Shown: positions 1 to 8,267 of the stretch, one piece after another
Layout of the letters: every line of letters starts with the position of its first letter
Numbering within the stretch: position 1 is the first letter of the stretch
Source of the DNA: Thermostichus sp. DRC_bins_24
GTDB taxonomy: Bacteria; Cyanobacteriota; Cyanobacteriia; Thermostichales; Thermostichaceae
NCBI GenBank assembly: GCA_039794845.1
Contig: JAUQVK010000039.1
Coordinates: 1 to 15,700, forward strand
DNA length: 15,700 bases
Direction: 5' to 3'
Made by a program: the position numbers and the translations under genes
The notes under the pieces: generated by a model
Told to the model about the DNA's origin: nothing
What the model saw: the letters and a program-made list of their open reading frames with translations, nothing else
Databases searched by the model: none

Positions 1-100
1 GCCAAATGTGGTGGGCGAGTCTCTGGCCCCGTTTTGGCATGGGGAGAGCCGCTCGTGGTCAATGATTCTGCAGCCCTAATGGATTCTGCAGGGCGGAGTC

Positions 101-123
101 ATCATTTTTGATCATTTTTGATC
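101..123. repeat. 10-bp tandem repeat ATCATTTTTG x2 plus ATC
   Basis: Read directly at 101-110, 111-120 and 121-123. Confidence 0.85.
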
Positions 124-140
124 TTTGTGGACACCATGGT

Positions 141-287
141 ATGCAGCCCTTACGAGGTGCGGAGGGCCATCCCTCCCAGAGGGCAGGTCTCAACTTTTAC
201 TTCCACGATTGCTGTTTGTGACTAGCGTTGCCCTACGGGCCACCATGGACGAACCCGCTAGCGTGTCATCGGCGTAAAGGGCTGTAT
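141..287 (+). ncRNA. Putative structured ncRNA, family unassigned
   Basis: Hand folding. Ends pair: ATGCAGCCCTTACG (141-154) with CGTAAAGGGCTGTAT (273-287), 14 bp with one G-U and one bulge. Inner helix 211-227 pairs with 256-273. Hairpin GGAGGG-CCAT-CCCTCC at 161-176. The non-Watson-Crick pairs are G-U only on the + strand. No ORF in the supplied track covers it. Confidence 0.55.
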
Positions 288-298
288 CTTCTTTGCGC

Positions 299-326
299 AA
301 AAAAGGGATCCAGGTCTGGATCCCTT
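299..326 (-). terminator. Intrinsic terminator of the gifB transcript (possibly bidirectional)
   Basis: Perfect 10-bp stem AAGGGATCCA (303-312) / TGGATCCCTT (317-326) with a 4-nt loop. The A6 run at 299-304 gives a U-tract on the minus strand. It lies about 135 nt downstream of the gifB stop. Confidence 0.75.
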
Positions 327-425
327 ATTGGTTAATCCGGGAGCAATTTAGACCGCTTGATCGGTTTTGAGGATTGACCGTACCGGACTAAGTCCAAGAA
401 CTGGCATCAACTGGCACCGATCTTT

Positions 426-453
426 GTCATATCTTTTCAGTCATATCTTTTCA
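426..453. repeat. 14-bp perfect tandem duplication GTCATATCTTTTCA x2 in the gifB 3' UTR
   Basis: Read directly at 426-439 and 440-453. A second near-perfect 10-mer duplication, AACTGGCA(T/C)C, lies at 399-418. Confidence 0.85.
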
Positions 454-460
454 TGAGGAA

Positions 461-904
461 TCAGCTCATGCTGACGTGACTGCGGTCGTAGTTGAGCCGA
501 AACGTGGGATGTACTTTTCCTTGAATGCGGTTCCAGAAGTTACGCACATTCGCATGTAGGCCGATCTGCTCTACGCCCCGAACCAACATGGCTTGCTGGC
601 GGATGCGGATCGCCCGCTGATGACCCATCATCAAACTACGAGACAGCCCATCCAAGGCATGGGTATGAGTAGAGGCAGCTACAGGAGCAGGTTCCTGCAC
701 AGGTTGAGCTGTTGCCTCAGGAGCTTCGCGATGGTAGGCCACCCCCCGATAGAGCATATCGAGGTTGGTCGGCAGAACCGGTGGCTTGGTCAAATGGCGA
801 AATCGCCAGTCTAGGCCCCGATAACGGCCACCCACTTTCCCCGGAGAAACCACCGCTGTAGCCGGAGAGTAGTTGTAGTCAACACCACGGTAAGAAAGTT
901 CCAT
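461..904 (-). CDS. gifB: Glutamine synthetase inactivating factor IF17 (DUF4278-type YRG N-terminus plus IF7-like C-terminus), 147 aa
   Basis: The C-terminus SRSLMMGHQRAIRIRQQAMLVR...FWNRIQGK...FRLNYDRSHVSMS matches the IF7/IF17 signature. Three N-terminal YRG motifs (YRGVDY, YRGLDW, YRGVAY) are typical of IF17. ATG at 904 is preceded by SD GGAGG (917-913). An upstream glutamine riboswitch and NtcA box match the arrangement known for gifB. Confidence 0.92.
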   Translation of the reverse strand: MELSYRGVDYNYSPATAVVSPGKVGGRYRGLDWRFRHLTKPPVLPTNLDMLYRGVAYHREAPEATAQPVQEPAPVAASTHTHALDGLSRSLMMGHQRAIRIRQQAMLVRGVEQIGLHANVRNFWNRIQGKVHPTFRLNYDRSHVSMS

Positions 905-968
905 GATCTTCGCCTCCAAATGTTGAGTTGTGACTGATGAATGTCCTGTGAACGGTCACAAGGGTTGA

Positions 969-1060
969 GGCGCGTTCCTTCGGGATAGCTCCCTACTTCC
1001 GTCCTCTGCCGGTGATGTCGCTTCCTAACGAGCCGCCCAGCACGGGAGAGGATGAACGAT
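969..1060 (-). promoter_or_regulatory. Glutamine riboswitch (glnA-motif type) in the gifB 5' UTR
   Basis: The minus strand reads ATCGTTCA-TCCTCT...AGAGGA-CGGAAGTA-GGGA GCTA TCCC-GAAG-GAACG-CGCC. This gives P1 CGTTC/GAACG, P2 TCCTCT/AGAGGA, an E-loop AGTA/GAA, P3 GGGA/TCCC and the conserved CGCC tail. Confidence 0.92.
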
Positions 1061-1075
1061 TTCTTTCTACATTCT

Positions 1076-1089
1076 GTATTATAAGCTAC
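1076..1089. promoter_or_regulatory. NtcA binding site overlapping the gifB -10 box (repressor position)
   Basis: GTA-TTATAAGC-TAC is a perfect GTA-N8-TAC. It contains ATTATA (1078-1083), which is TATAAT on the minus strand, 17 nt upstream of the riboswitch. Confidence 0.85.
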
Positions 1090-1300
1090 GGTTTTGAGGT
1101 ATTGTCAGCAACCCTTAACAAAAATTCCAATGGGATCCCGTCAGGGTTTGTGCGGAGTGAGCTGGGATCCCCTGCAGAAGCCTTCTCATGCCGCTCAGAG
1201 CCAGCTGGGGGCCCTATCCGGGATGCCAGGGAAAGGATTATGGTGGAAGGGATCCTCAGGATTAACTACAAAAGTTCACATTCCCGCGTGGGTGGCTTCG

Positions 1301-3178
1301 GTGCAGGAAGACTTTCGCCTGATTCTGGACATTGTGACGGTATTGGCGGCAGCTTCGGCGGGGGGGTTTTTGGCTTCGGTGCTGCGACAGCCGGTGCTGC
1401 TGGGCTATTTGTTGGCCGGGATCCTGGTGGGGCCGACGGGGTTGGGCTGGATCAAAGAAGTCGTGCAGGTGGAAACCCTGGCCCAGTTTGGGGTGACTTT
1501 CCTGCTGTTCAGCCTGGGGGTGGAGTTTTCTCTTAAAGAATTGCGCAAGGTGCGGGGGATCGCCCTTGGAGGCGGCATTCTGCAGATGAGCCTCACCATT
1601 TTGATCACGGCTGTTTTGGCGGTGGCGGGTGGTTGGCTGACCTTGGTGCAGGGGATTTTTCTGGGGGCGGTGCTCTCCTTGTCTTCCACGGCTGTGGTGC
1701 TAAAAAGTCTGACCGAAACCAACCAGATGGGCACGCCGCAAGCCCAGGCAATGCTCGGGATCCTGATCGTGCAGGATTTGGCGGTGGGCTTGATGTTGGC
1801 GGTTTTGCCCGCTTTGGATTACCCCTTACCGGAACTGGCGGGATCCGTGGGCAAAGCTTTGCTGGAAATTGGAGTGGTGGGGCTAGGGGCAGTGGTGGCT
1901 GGCATTTGGCTGGTGCCCAACTTTTTGCGCCTCTTGGCCCAACAGGAAAACAAAGAGGTGTTCTTACTGGGGGTGATCAGCCTTTGTGTGGGCATTGCCC
2001 TGCTGACGGAGCGCATCGGCATTTCCAGTGAGATTGGGGCTTTCATCGCCGGGCTAATGATCTCGGAGGTGGAGTACGCCGATCAAACCCTGGACTACGT
2101 AGAGCCGCTGCGGGATGTTTTCGCTGCCCTATTTTTTGCCGCCATCGGTATGTTGATCGATCCCAGCTTTATCGCCGGTCATCTGTTGCTGATCCTGACG
2201 CTGGTGGGGTTGGTGATGGTGGGCAAGTTCTTTATCGTAGCGCCTTTGGTGCGGCTGTTTGGTTACTCCCTGTCGGCAGCGGTGTTGGTGGGGCTGGGCC
2301 TGTCGCAAATTGGCGAGTTTTCTTTTGTGCTGGCCACTGAAGGACAGTCTCTGGGGCTGGTGTCACGGCCAACCTATTTGCTTATCGTTAGCACCACGGC
2401 GGTTACTCTGTTGATTACCCCTTTCTTGCTCAAAGGAGCTCCCCGCGTTTTTGCTGGGCTACAGGGGGTTCCTACCTTTGCTCGTTGGCTGGAAGCGGGG
2501 GAACGTCCACGGGCGGTGGCCCCCGATACTCCTGGACGAGGGCATGTGGTGGTGTGCGGCTACGGGCAGGTGGGTCAAGACATTGTGCGGCTGCTGGAGG
2601 CGCGGCATCATGAGCTGCTGGTGATCGACCAATCGGAGCGGGTCATTCAACAACTGCGCTCCCGTGGGATCCCTTACGTGTACGGCAATGCCGCCAGTGG
2701 GCTGGTGTTGGAAAAAGCCAACCTGCCCCAAGCCCGGACTTTGGTGATAGCCCTGCCGGATCGCATGAGCATACGCCTTTGCCTAAAACGAGCCCTAGAA
2801 TTGGCTCCCCAATTGGATGTGGTGGTGCGAGCTACTCACAAAGAAGACATTGAACAGCTCTACCAGTTGGGAGCAAGCGAAGTGGTCAACCCCGAGTTTG
2901 AGGCCAGTTTGGGGCTGTGCAGCCATGTGTTGCTGGAGCTAGGAGAACCCCTAGAGATCATTCAGCAGGAGATCTTAGCGATTCGTAATAGTCACTACCG
3001 CGACCTGCGCCCCCTCCACCCCAGTTGCCTGATCCCCATCCCTCTCAGTTGGCTGACCCAGCAAGCGGCCCTCTCCTCATCCCCGGATGAAACCCCAGCC
3101 AACGGCGCCAAAACCGGATCTTCAGGATCTGCATTGGTTTGGTGGGAACATTGGCAGCGTCCAGTGCAATACCACTGA
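1301..3178 (+). CDS. CPA2-family cation(K+)/H+ antiporter, KefB/KefC-like, with C-terminal RCK_N (TrkA-N) domain
   Basis: Many TM helices with CPA2 motifs ([48 protein letters not shown]) and a Rossmann motif [10 protein letters not shown]. Start placed at GTG 1301 ([10 protein letters not shown], resembling cyanobacterial homologue N-termini); the track's 1094 extension is not transporter-like and runs up to the gifB promoter. Confidence 0.9.
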   Translation: MQEDFRLILDIVTVLAAASAGGFLASVLRQPVLLGYLLAGILVGPTGLGWIKEVVQVETLAQFGVTFLLFSLGVEFSLKELRKVRGIALGGGILQMSLTILITAVLAVAGGWLTLVQGIFLGAVLSLSSTAVVLKSLTETNQMGTPQAQAMLGILIVQDLAVGLMLAVLPALDYPLPELAGSVGKALLEIGVVGLGAVVAGIWLVPNFLRLLAQQENKEVFLLGVISLCVGIALLTERIGISSEIGAFIAGLMISEVEYADQTLDYVEPLRDVFAALFFAAIGMLIDPSFIAGHLLLILTLVGLVMVGKFFIVAPLVRLFGYSLSAAVLVGLGLSQIGEFSFVLATEGQSLGLVSRPTYLLIVSTTAVTLLITPFLLKGAPRVFAGLQGVPTFARWLEAGERPRAVAPDTPGRGHVVVCGYGQVGQDIVRLLEARHHELLVIDQSERVIQQLRSRGIPYVYGNAASGLVLEKANLPQARTLVIALPDRMSIRLCLKRALELAPQLDVVVRATHKEDIEQLYQLGASEVVNPEFEASLGLCSHVLLELGEPLEIIQQEILAIRNSHYRDLRPLHPSCLIPIPLSWLTQQAALSSSPDETPANGAKTGSSGSALVWWEHWQRPVQYH

Positions 3179-3264
3179 AGGCCCCTCCGCCAAGCGGGAT
3201 CCGTTCCCTGGTAGGATACGGAAGAAAAAGTGAAGGTGCTCCTCAGCCCAAGGACGGGACAACT

Positions 3265-4503
3265 ATGGCCAAACAAACACTGGGATCCCTGCTGTCGTCC
3301 GGCTTCGATTTGACAGGCAAACGAGTGCTAGTGCGGGCCGATTTTAATGTCCCTTTGGATCCCGAGCGCAACATCACCGATGACACCCGCATTCGCGCTG
3401 CCCTGCCCACCATCCAAGCTCTGACCGGGGCCGGCGCAAAAGTGATCCTCACCAGTCACCTGGGCCGCCCTATCAAAAAAGACAAAGAGACAGGAACCAT
3501 CAAAATTACCCGTGAGGGCAATAGCCTCACCCCTGTGGCCGGTCGCCTCTCGGAACTGTTGGGCCAGCCGGTTGCTTTTGCCCCCGATTGCGTAGGCCCC
3601 GACGCCGAAGCGGTGGTGAAAACCCTAGAAAATGGGCAAGTGGCCTTGCTGGAGAATGTCCGTTTCCACCCCGAAGAGGAAGACAACGACCCCGAATTTG
3701 CCAAACAATTGGCCTCCCTTGCGGACTTATTTGTCAACGATGCCTTCGGGACGGCCCACCGTGCCCATGCCTCCACCGCAGGGGTAACCGCCTATTTGCA
3801 ACCATCGGTGGCGGGCTATTTGGTGGAGAAAGAGCTGAAGTTTCTCTCAGGGGCCATCGACAATCCACAACGGCCCCTAGCGGCGATCATTGGCGGCTCT
3901 AAGGTCTCGAGCAAAATAGGCGTCATCGAAGCTCTGTTGGAAAAGGTGGACAAGCTTCTGCTCGGCGGTGGCATGATTTTTACCTTCTACCAAGCCCAAG
4001 GGATCAAAACCGGCAAATCTCTGGTGGAAACCGACAAGTTGGATTTGGCCAAAGCCCTGATGCAGAAGGCCCAAGAGCGCGGCGTGGAGTTGTTGTTGCC
4101 GGTGGATGTGGTTGTAGCTGATCGGTTCGACAAAGATGCCGCAGCCCAAACGGTTTCCATCAATACCATCCCCGATGAGTGGATGGGGTTGGACATCGGC
4201 CCAGAATCGGTGAAGGCCTTTCAAGCCGCTCTACAAGGATGCAAAACCGTGATCTGGAACGGGCCTATGGGTGTGTTTGAATTTGACCGCTTTGCCGTGG
4301 GTACAGAAGCAATTGCCCGTAGCCTGGCGGATCTCACCCAGACCGGGGCAATCACGATTATCGGCGGCGGTGACTCGGTAGCTGCTGTCGAGAAAGTTGG
4401 CCTTGCGGAAAAAATGACCCACATCTCTACCGGCGGTGGAGCCAGCCTGGAGCTGCTCGAAGGTAAAGTGTTACCCGGGATCGCCGCCCTGACGGAAGCC
4501 TAA
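3265..4503 (+). CDS. pgk: Phosphoglycerate kinase, 412 aa
   Basis: Signature motifs [63 protein letters not shown] and [18 protein letters not shown] at 3265 follows AGGACGGGA. Confidence 0.98.
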   Translation: MAKQTLGSLLSSGFDLTGKRVLVRADFNVPLDPERNITDDTRIRAALPTIQALTGAGAKVILTSHLGRPIKKDKETGTIKITREGNSLTPVAGRLSELLGQPVAFAPDCVGPDAEAVVKTLENGQVALLENVRFHPEEEDNDPEFAKQLASLADLFVNDAFGTAHRAHASTAGVTAYLQPSVAGYLVEKELKFLSGAIDNPQRPLAAIIGGSKVSSKIGVIEALLEKVDKLLLGGGMIFTFYQAQGIKTGKSLVETDKLDLAKALMQKAQERGVELLLPVDVVVADRFDKDAAAQTVSINTIPDEWMGLDIGPESVKAFQAALQGCKTVIWNGPMGVFEFDRFAVGTEAIARSLADLTQTGAITIIGGGDSVAAVEKVGLAEKMTHISTGGGASLELLEGKVLPGIAALTEA

Positions 4504-4599
4504 ACTGGGCAGAGGGATCCCACCGGTGTGGCTTGTGAGGAGCTTCTGGACAAGCCAGGGATCCACGCCCCAGTCGATGGAGCGGTAGGTGAGAGGGTG

Positions 4600-6180
4600 A
4601 TGAAGCTGGATCAAGAACGCCCCGCCGGGCAGAGGCCGTTGACCACGGAATGCCAGTCTAGGGATCCCGGGCTGGTTCTGCTCACGATCGGGCTGCTTTG
4701 CTTGGGTTCCCCCAATCGGTGGCTGCACTGGTTTCCAGGGGCCCTGGTGGGCTTGGCCCTGCTGTTTTATCTTTGCGAACGGCGGCCAGGCTGGCGGCGG
4801 GTGCGTTTTGCCTATGGCCTCTGGTTCTGGGTGTGTCTGTACGCGTTCTGGGTGGATCCCTTTTCCGTCAAGGTGCTCAGCGCTTGGGAGATCCTGGGCG
4901 GATTGGTGGTCGCCCCCCTGATTCCGCTCTTTTTCACCACCGCCACGCTGCTCAGCCTCAGCCTCAGTCGGCCCCTACCCACTTGGGTCCGCCCTGTAGG
5001 AATGGCCACGGTCTGGACAGGGCTGGATGGGCTGTTGGGGCTGCTGTGGTCGCCAATTCCCTTCCATTGGGGATCCCTGTTGTTTGACTGGCCCTTGGGG
5101 ATCCAAATCGCGGATGTGACGGGCATCTGGGGCGTAACTTTCTTCGCTGTGTTCGTCAATGGGCTGCTCTGGCAAGTGGCTGTTCAAGGTTGGCAGCTCT
5201 GGAAAAACCCGCTCTCTGAACGCTCAAGTCTCTGGCGAACGCTGGCCTTGGGGTTGGGCCTGAGCGGGGCTGTACTGGCCTATGGGGGCTGGCGATTGGC
5301 GCATTTTGATAACTTGGCAGCAAGCGCAGAGGATCCCCAGTTTCGGGTAGGGGCTGTGCAACAGGTGGCTTGGTTGGAGGCGGATCGCAGTTGGGAGTAC
5401 CGCAGCGAGCGCTACCGAGAACTCCATCAGCTGTCTGGGCAGGCGGTGGCAGAAGGGGCCGAGTTGGTGATCTGGCCAGAGGGGGCCTTGCGGGCACGCT
5501 TGCTCAACACGGGGCTAGAACCCTATGTGCTTGATCCGATGCGAGGGATCCTTCCCCCTACGGGGGCGCTGATTACGGGTACCACCGAGCCGGATCCCCG
5601 CACAGTGAATCTGCCCGATGATCAACAGCAGTTTTTTAACACGGCTCTGCTGTTCAATGCCGAGGGCCATTTACAGGACTCCTTCGGCAAGCAGTGGATT
5701 TTCCCCTACTTTGAGTCGGCGCGCTACGTGCCTTCCCCGGATGGCTATCGTCCCCTTGAGGGCGGAGCCGTCTTTGGACGATTGGGCGTGATGATCTGTT
5801 TGGAGAGCGTCTTGCCGGCCCCAAGTCGAACCTTGACTCGCAATGGGGCTGAGTCTTTGATTGTGATTTCCGATGACAGCTGGTTTGGCAACAGTCACTG
5901 GCCGATGCTGCACGGTAAGCTCTCGGTTTTCCGTGCCGTTGAGAACCGGCGAAGCGTAGTGTTCGTGAACAATACCGGCGGTAATTTGGTGGTGGATCCC
6001 TCGGGGCGGGTGCAACAGGTGGGCCCGATTTTTCAGCGGGGGGTGATCACGGGCAACGTGAAGCGGCGCTCTGAGCAAACGTTTTACACCCGCACAGGGG
6101 ATTGGTTGGCCTGGCTAACCCTGGGGCTAGCTTTGGGGTTATGCGGCCGGCGCTGGGGATCCCGAAGGAGGCAGGGATGA
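4600..6180 (+). CDS. lnt: Apolipoprotein N-acyltransferase (Lnt) family, CN-hydrolase domain; divergent
   Basis: N-terminal TM region with QIADVTGIWGVTF. Catalytic triad contexts IWPEG (Glu), FGKQW (Lys) and MICLES (Cys), plus FRAVENRR, NNTG and TFYTRTGDW. The start is uncertain (4528, 4597 or 4600); 4600 follows GAGAGG. Confidence 0.8.
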   Translation: MKLDQERPAGQRPLTTECQSRDPGLVLLTIGLLCLGSPNRWLHWFPGALVGLALLFYLCERRPGWRRVRFAYGLWFWVCLYAFWVDPFSVKVLSAWEILGGLVVAPLIPLFFTTATLLSLSLSRPLPTWVRPVGMATVWTGLDGLLGLLWSPIPFHWGSLLFDWPLGIQIADVTGIWGVTFFAVFVNGLLWQVAVQGWQLWKNPLSERSSLWRTLALGLGLSGAVLAYGGWRLAHFDNLAASAEDPQFRVGAVQQVAWLEADRSWEYRSERYRELHQLSGQAVAEGAELVIWPEGALRARLLNTGLEPYVLDPMRGILPPTGALITGTTEPDPRTVNLPDDQQQFFNTALLFNAEGHLQDSFGKQWIFPYFESARYVPSPDGYRPLEGGAVFGRLGVMICLESVLPAPSRTLTRNGAESLIVISDDSWFGNSHWPMLHGKLSVFRAVENRRSVVFVNNTGGNLVVDPSGRVQQVGPIFQRGVITGNVKRRSEQTFYTRTGDWLAWLTLGLALGLCGRRWGSRRRQG

Positions 6181-6284
6181 GATAAGATCAACACGCTCAA
6201 CGGAGAGATCCAAGTTGTATCCCCCAAACCTTGATACAAGGCTGATACAAGATCTTGAGGTTGTAAACCACCCACACCCTTTGT

Positions 6285-6357
6285 GCTGATGTAGCTCAGT
6301 TGGTAGAGCAGCTCACTCGTAATGAGCAGGTCGTCGGTTCGAATCCGATCATCAGCT
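6285..6357 (+). tRNA. trnT: tRNA-Thr, anticodon CGT, CCA not encoded
   Basis: Acceptor stem GCTGATG/CATCAGC, D arm GCTC-AGTTGGTA-GAGC, anticodon arm GCTCA-CT CGT AA-TGAGC, T arm GTCGG-TTCGAAT-CCGAT; 73 nt. Confidence 0.97.
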
Positions 6358-6441
6358 TTCAAAGCAGATTCCCAAGTCCCAATCCCTACCGGGGGGATCC
6401 CGCTCGGCGCTAGAGTGAGAAAGGACGCAGCGAGTCGGTGA

Positions 6442-8220
6442 GTGGCCAGATCAGGATCCCATTTGCAGCAATTGGCCCATTACCTGCGCCCCTATCAACG
6501 GCAGGTGGGCCTGGGGATCGGATCCCTGCTGTTGGTCAATGGCTTTGGGGTGTTCTTGCCCTGGTACGTCAAGCTGGTGATCGACGATCTCAGCCGGAAC
6601 TTGGCCTCTCTGCAACCTCAACGGGTTCTGCTTTATGCCCTGACGGTGCTGATTGTCTCTAGCCTGATGATGGGCATTCGCATTGCCTCGCGGGTGTGGA
6701 TGTTTGGGGTGGGGCGACAGGTGGAGTTTCACCTTAAGCAAGAGATCTTTGAGCATTTACTCACATTGCAGCCTTCCTATTTTGGGCAGCAAACGATTGG
6801 GGATATCCTCACTCGGGTGACCAGCGATGTAGAAAATATCCGCCGCCTACTGGGGTTTGCCCTGCTCAGCTTGGCCAACACGATCTTTGCCTACGCCACC
6901 ACCTTACCCGCCATGTTTGGGATCGAGCCTCGCCTCAGTGCGCTGGCGCTATCGGTGTTTCCGGTGATGTTGGTGCTGGTGAAGCTGACCAGTACCCGCC
7001 TACAGCAGCAACAATTGCGAGTGCAACAGCAGTTGGCGGATATCAGCGACCTCATTCAAGAAGACATGAACGGCATCACCCTGATCAAGGTGTACGGCCA
7101 GGAACACCACGAGCAGGCGGAATTTCGCCGCCGGAACCGGCAGCTGTTACAGGCCAACTTACGCCTGGCCTTGACCCGCAACCTGTTGTTCCCCTCCTTG
7201 GTGGCCTTGGTCAGCCTCAGTTTGTTGGTGTTGCTGGCGGTGGGGGGACCGCAGATCGCCTCGGGGGCGCTGACAATCGGGGATTTTTCCGCGTTGACCC
7301 TCTACATCGAGCGGCTGGTGTTCCCGACGGCTCTGCTGGGTTTTACCATTACCGCTTATCAACGGGGTCAGGTCAGCTTGGAGCGCATCGATGCCCTACT
7401 GGGGGTGGAGCCGACGATTCGAGATGCCCCCACTGCCTTGCCGCTGCCTCCTGAGGAGGTGCGGGGGCACATCGAGGCCAAGGGCCTGACTTTTTACTTT
7501 CCGGGTGGCGGCACCGAGCCTTTACCTCCAGCCTTGGATCACCTGGAGTTTCGCATTGAACCGGGTCAAATGGTGGCCGTGGTCGGACCGATCGGGGCGG
7601 GCAAATCCACCCTGGCCAATGCCCTGCCGCATCTTTTGGAAATTCAGCCCGGACAACTGTTTCTGGATCAGATCGATATCACCCAGCTCCAACTGGGATC
7701 CCTGCGCCGCGCCATCGCCTATGTGCCCCAAGAAAGCTTTCTGTTTAGCGCCACCGTGCGCGACAACATCCGCTATGGCAAGCCTGAAGCAGAAGATTGG
7801 GAGGTAGAACTGGCGGCCAAAGCAGCCCACATCCACTCCGAGATCCTCAACTTCCCCAAGGGCTACGACACACTGGTCGGAGAGCGAGGGATTACCCTCT
7901 CAGGTGGGCAGCGGCAACGGGTAGCCCTGGCCCGCGCCCTGTTGGTGGATGCACCGATTTTGATCCTGGATGACTCCCTTTCTAGCGTGGATAACCAAAC
8001 GGCCCAATCCATTCTCCACAGTCTGCGCCATGCCACCGCCCGGAAGACCGTGATTTTCATCGCCCATCGCCTCACGGCGGTTGTGGAGGCAGACCAAATT
8101 TTGGTCATGGAAGGGGGACGGATCGTACAAATGGGATCCCATGCGGAACTGATGGCAGATGGAGAGGGTCTGTATGCCTCCCTTTGGGCCAAACAAAAGC
8201 TGGAAGAAGTGTTGGCCTAA
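6442..8220 (+). CDS. ABC exporter, fused TMD+NBD (MdlA/MsbA-like half transporter), 592 aa
   Basis: About 6 TM helices followed by Walker A GPIGAGKST, Q-loop YVPQ, signature LSGGQRQR, Walker B/D-loop ILILDDSLSSVD and H-loop IAHRL. Confidence 0.95.
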   Translation: MARSGSHLQQLAHYLRPYQRQVGLGIGSLLLVNGFGVFLPWYVKLVIDDLSRNLASLQPQRVLLYALTVLIVSSLMMGIRIASRVWMFGVGRQVEFHLKQEIFEHLLTLQPSYFGQQTIGDILTRVTSDVENIRRLLGFALLSLANTIFAYATTLPAMFGIEPRLSALALSVFPVMLVLVKLTSTRLQQQQLRVQQQLADISDLIQEDMNGITLIKVYGQEHHEQAEFRRRNRQLLQANLRLALTRNLLFPSLVALVSLSLLVLLAVGGPQIASGALTIGDFSALTLYIERLVFPTALLGFTITAYQRGQVSLERIDALLGVEPTIRDAPTALPLPPEEVRGHIEAKGLTFYFPGGGTEPLPPALDHLEFRIEPGQMVAVVGPIGAGKSTLANALPHLLEIQPGQLFLDQIDITQLQLGSLRRAIAYVPQESFLFSATVRDNIRYGKPEAEDWEVELAAKAAHIHSEILNFPKGYDTLVGERGITLSGGQRQRVALARALLVDAPILILDDSLSSVDNQTAQSILHSLRHATARKTVIFIAHRLTAVVEADQILVMEGGRIVQMGSHAELMADGEGLYASLWAKQKLEEVLA

Positions 8221-8267
8221 GTTGCCCTGGGATCCGCAACCCATGCTCCAAATGCTGCCGGGCCCCC

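Noticed and set aside
2..79. Open frame PNVVGESLAPFWHGESRSWSMILQP* at the window start, and short minus-strand starts running off the edge
   Set aside because: Too short to tell which strand is coding, and no recognisable motif.
195..204. TTTTACTTCC in the putative ncRNA is complementary to GGAAGUAGGG in the gifB riboswitch; its minus strand GGAAGTA resembles a glutamine aptamer core
   Set aside because: Only 7 Watson-Crick pairs, compatible with chance. No P1, P3 or GAAG elements exist for a second aptamer.
101..453. Short repeats as a possible CRISPR array
   Set aside because: The units are 10-14 bp, directly adjacent, unrelated to each other and without spacers. No cas genes are present.
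1094..1300. N-terminal extension of the antiporter, and the overlapping 1012-1536 ORF
   Set aside because: The extension is not transporter-like and the family-like N-terminus begins at GTG 1301. The 1012-1536 ORF overlaps the gifB riboswitch/promoter and the antiporter in another frame.
3139..3264. N-terminal extension of pgk overlapping the antiporter end
   Set aside because: PGK homology begins at ATG 3265, which has a purine-rich upstream sequence.
6084..6362. 92-aa minus-strand ORF
   Set aside because: Antisense to the tRNA and the lnt 3' end; a typical artefact.
6285..6440. tRNA-Thr as an integration site for a genomic island
   Set aside because: No integrase, no duplicated tRNA 3' end seen in the window, and no compositional shift beside it.
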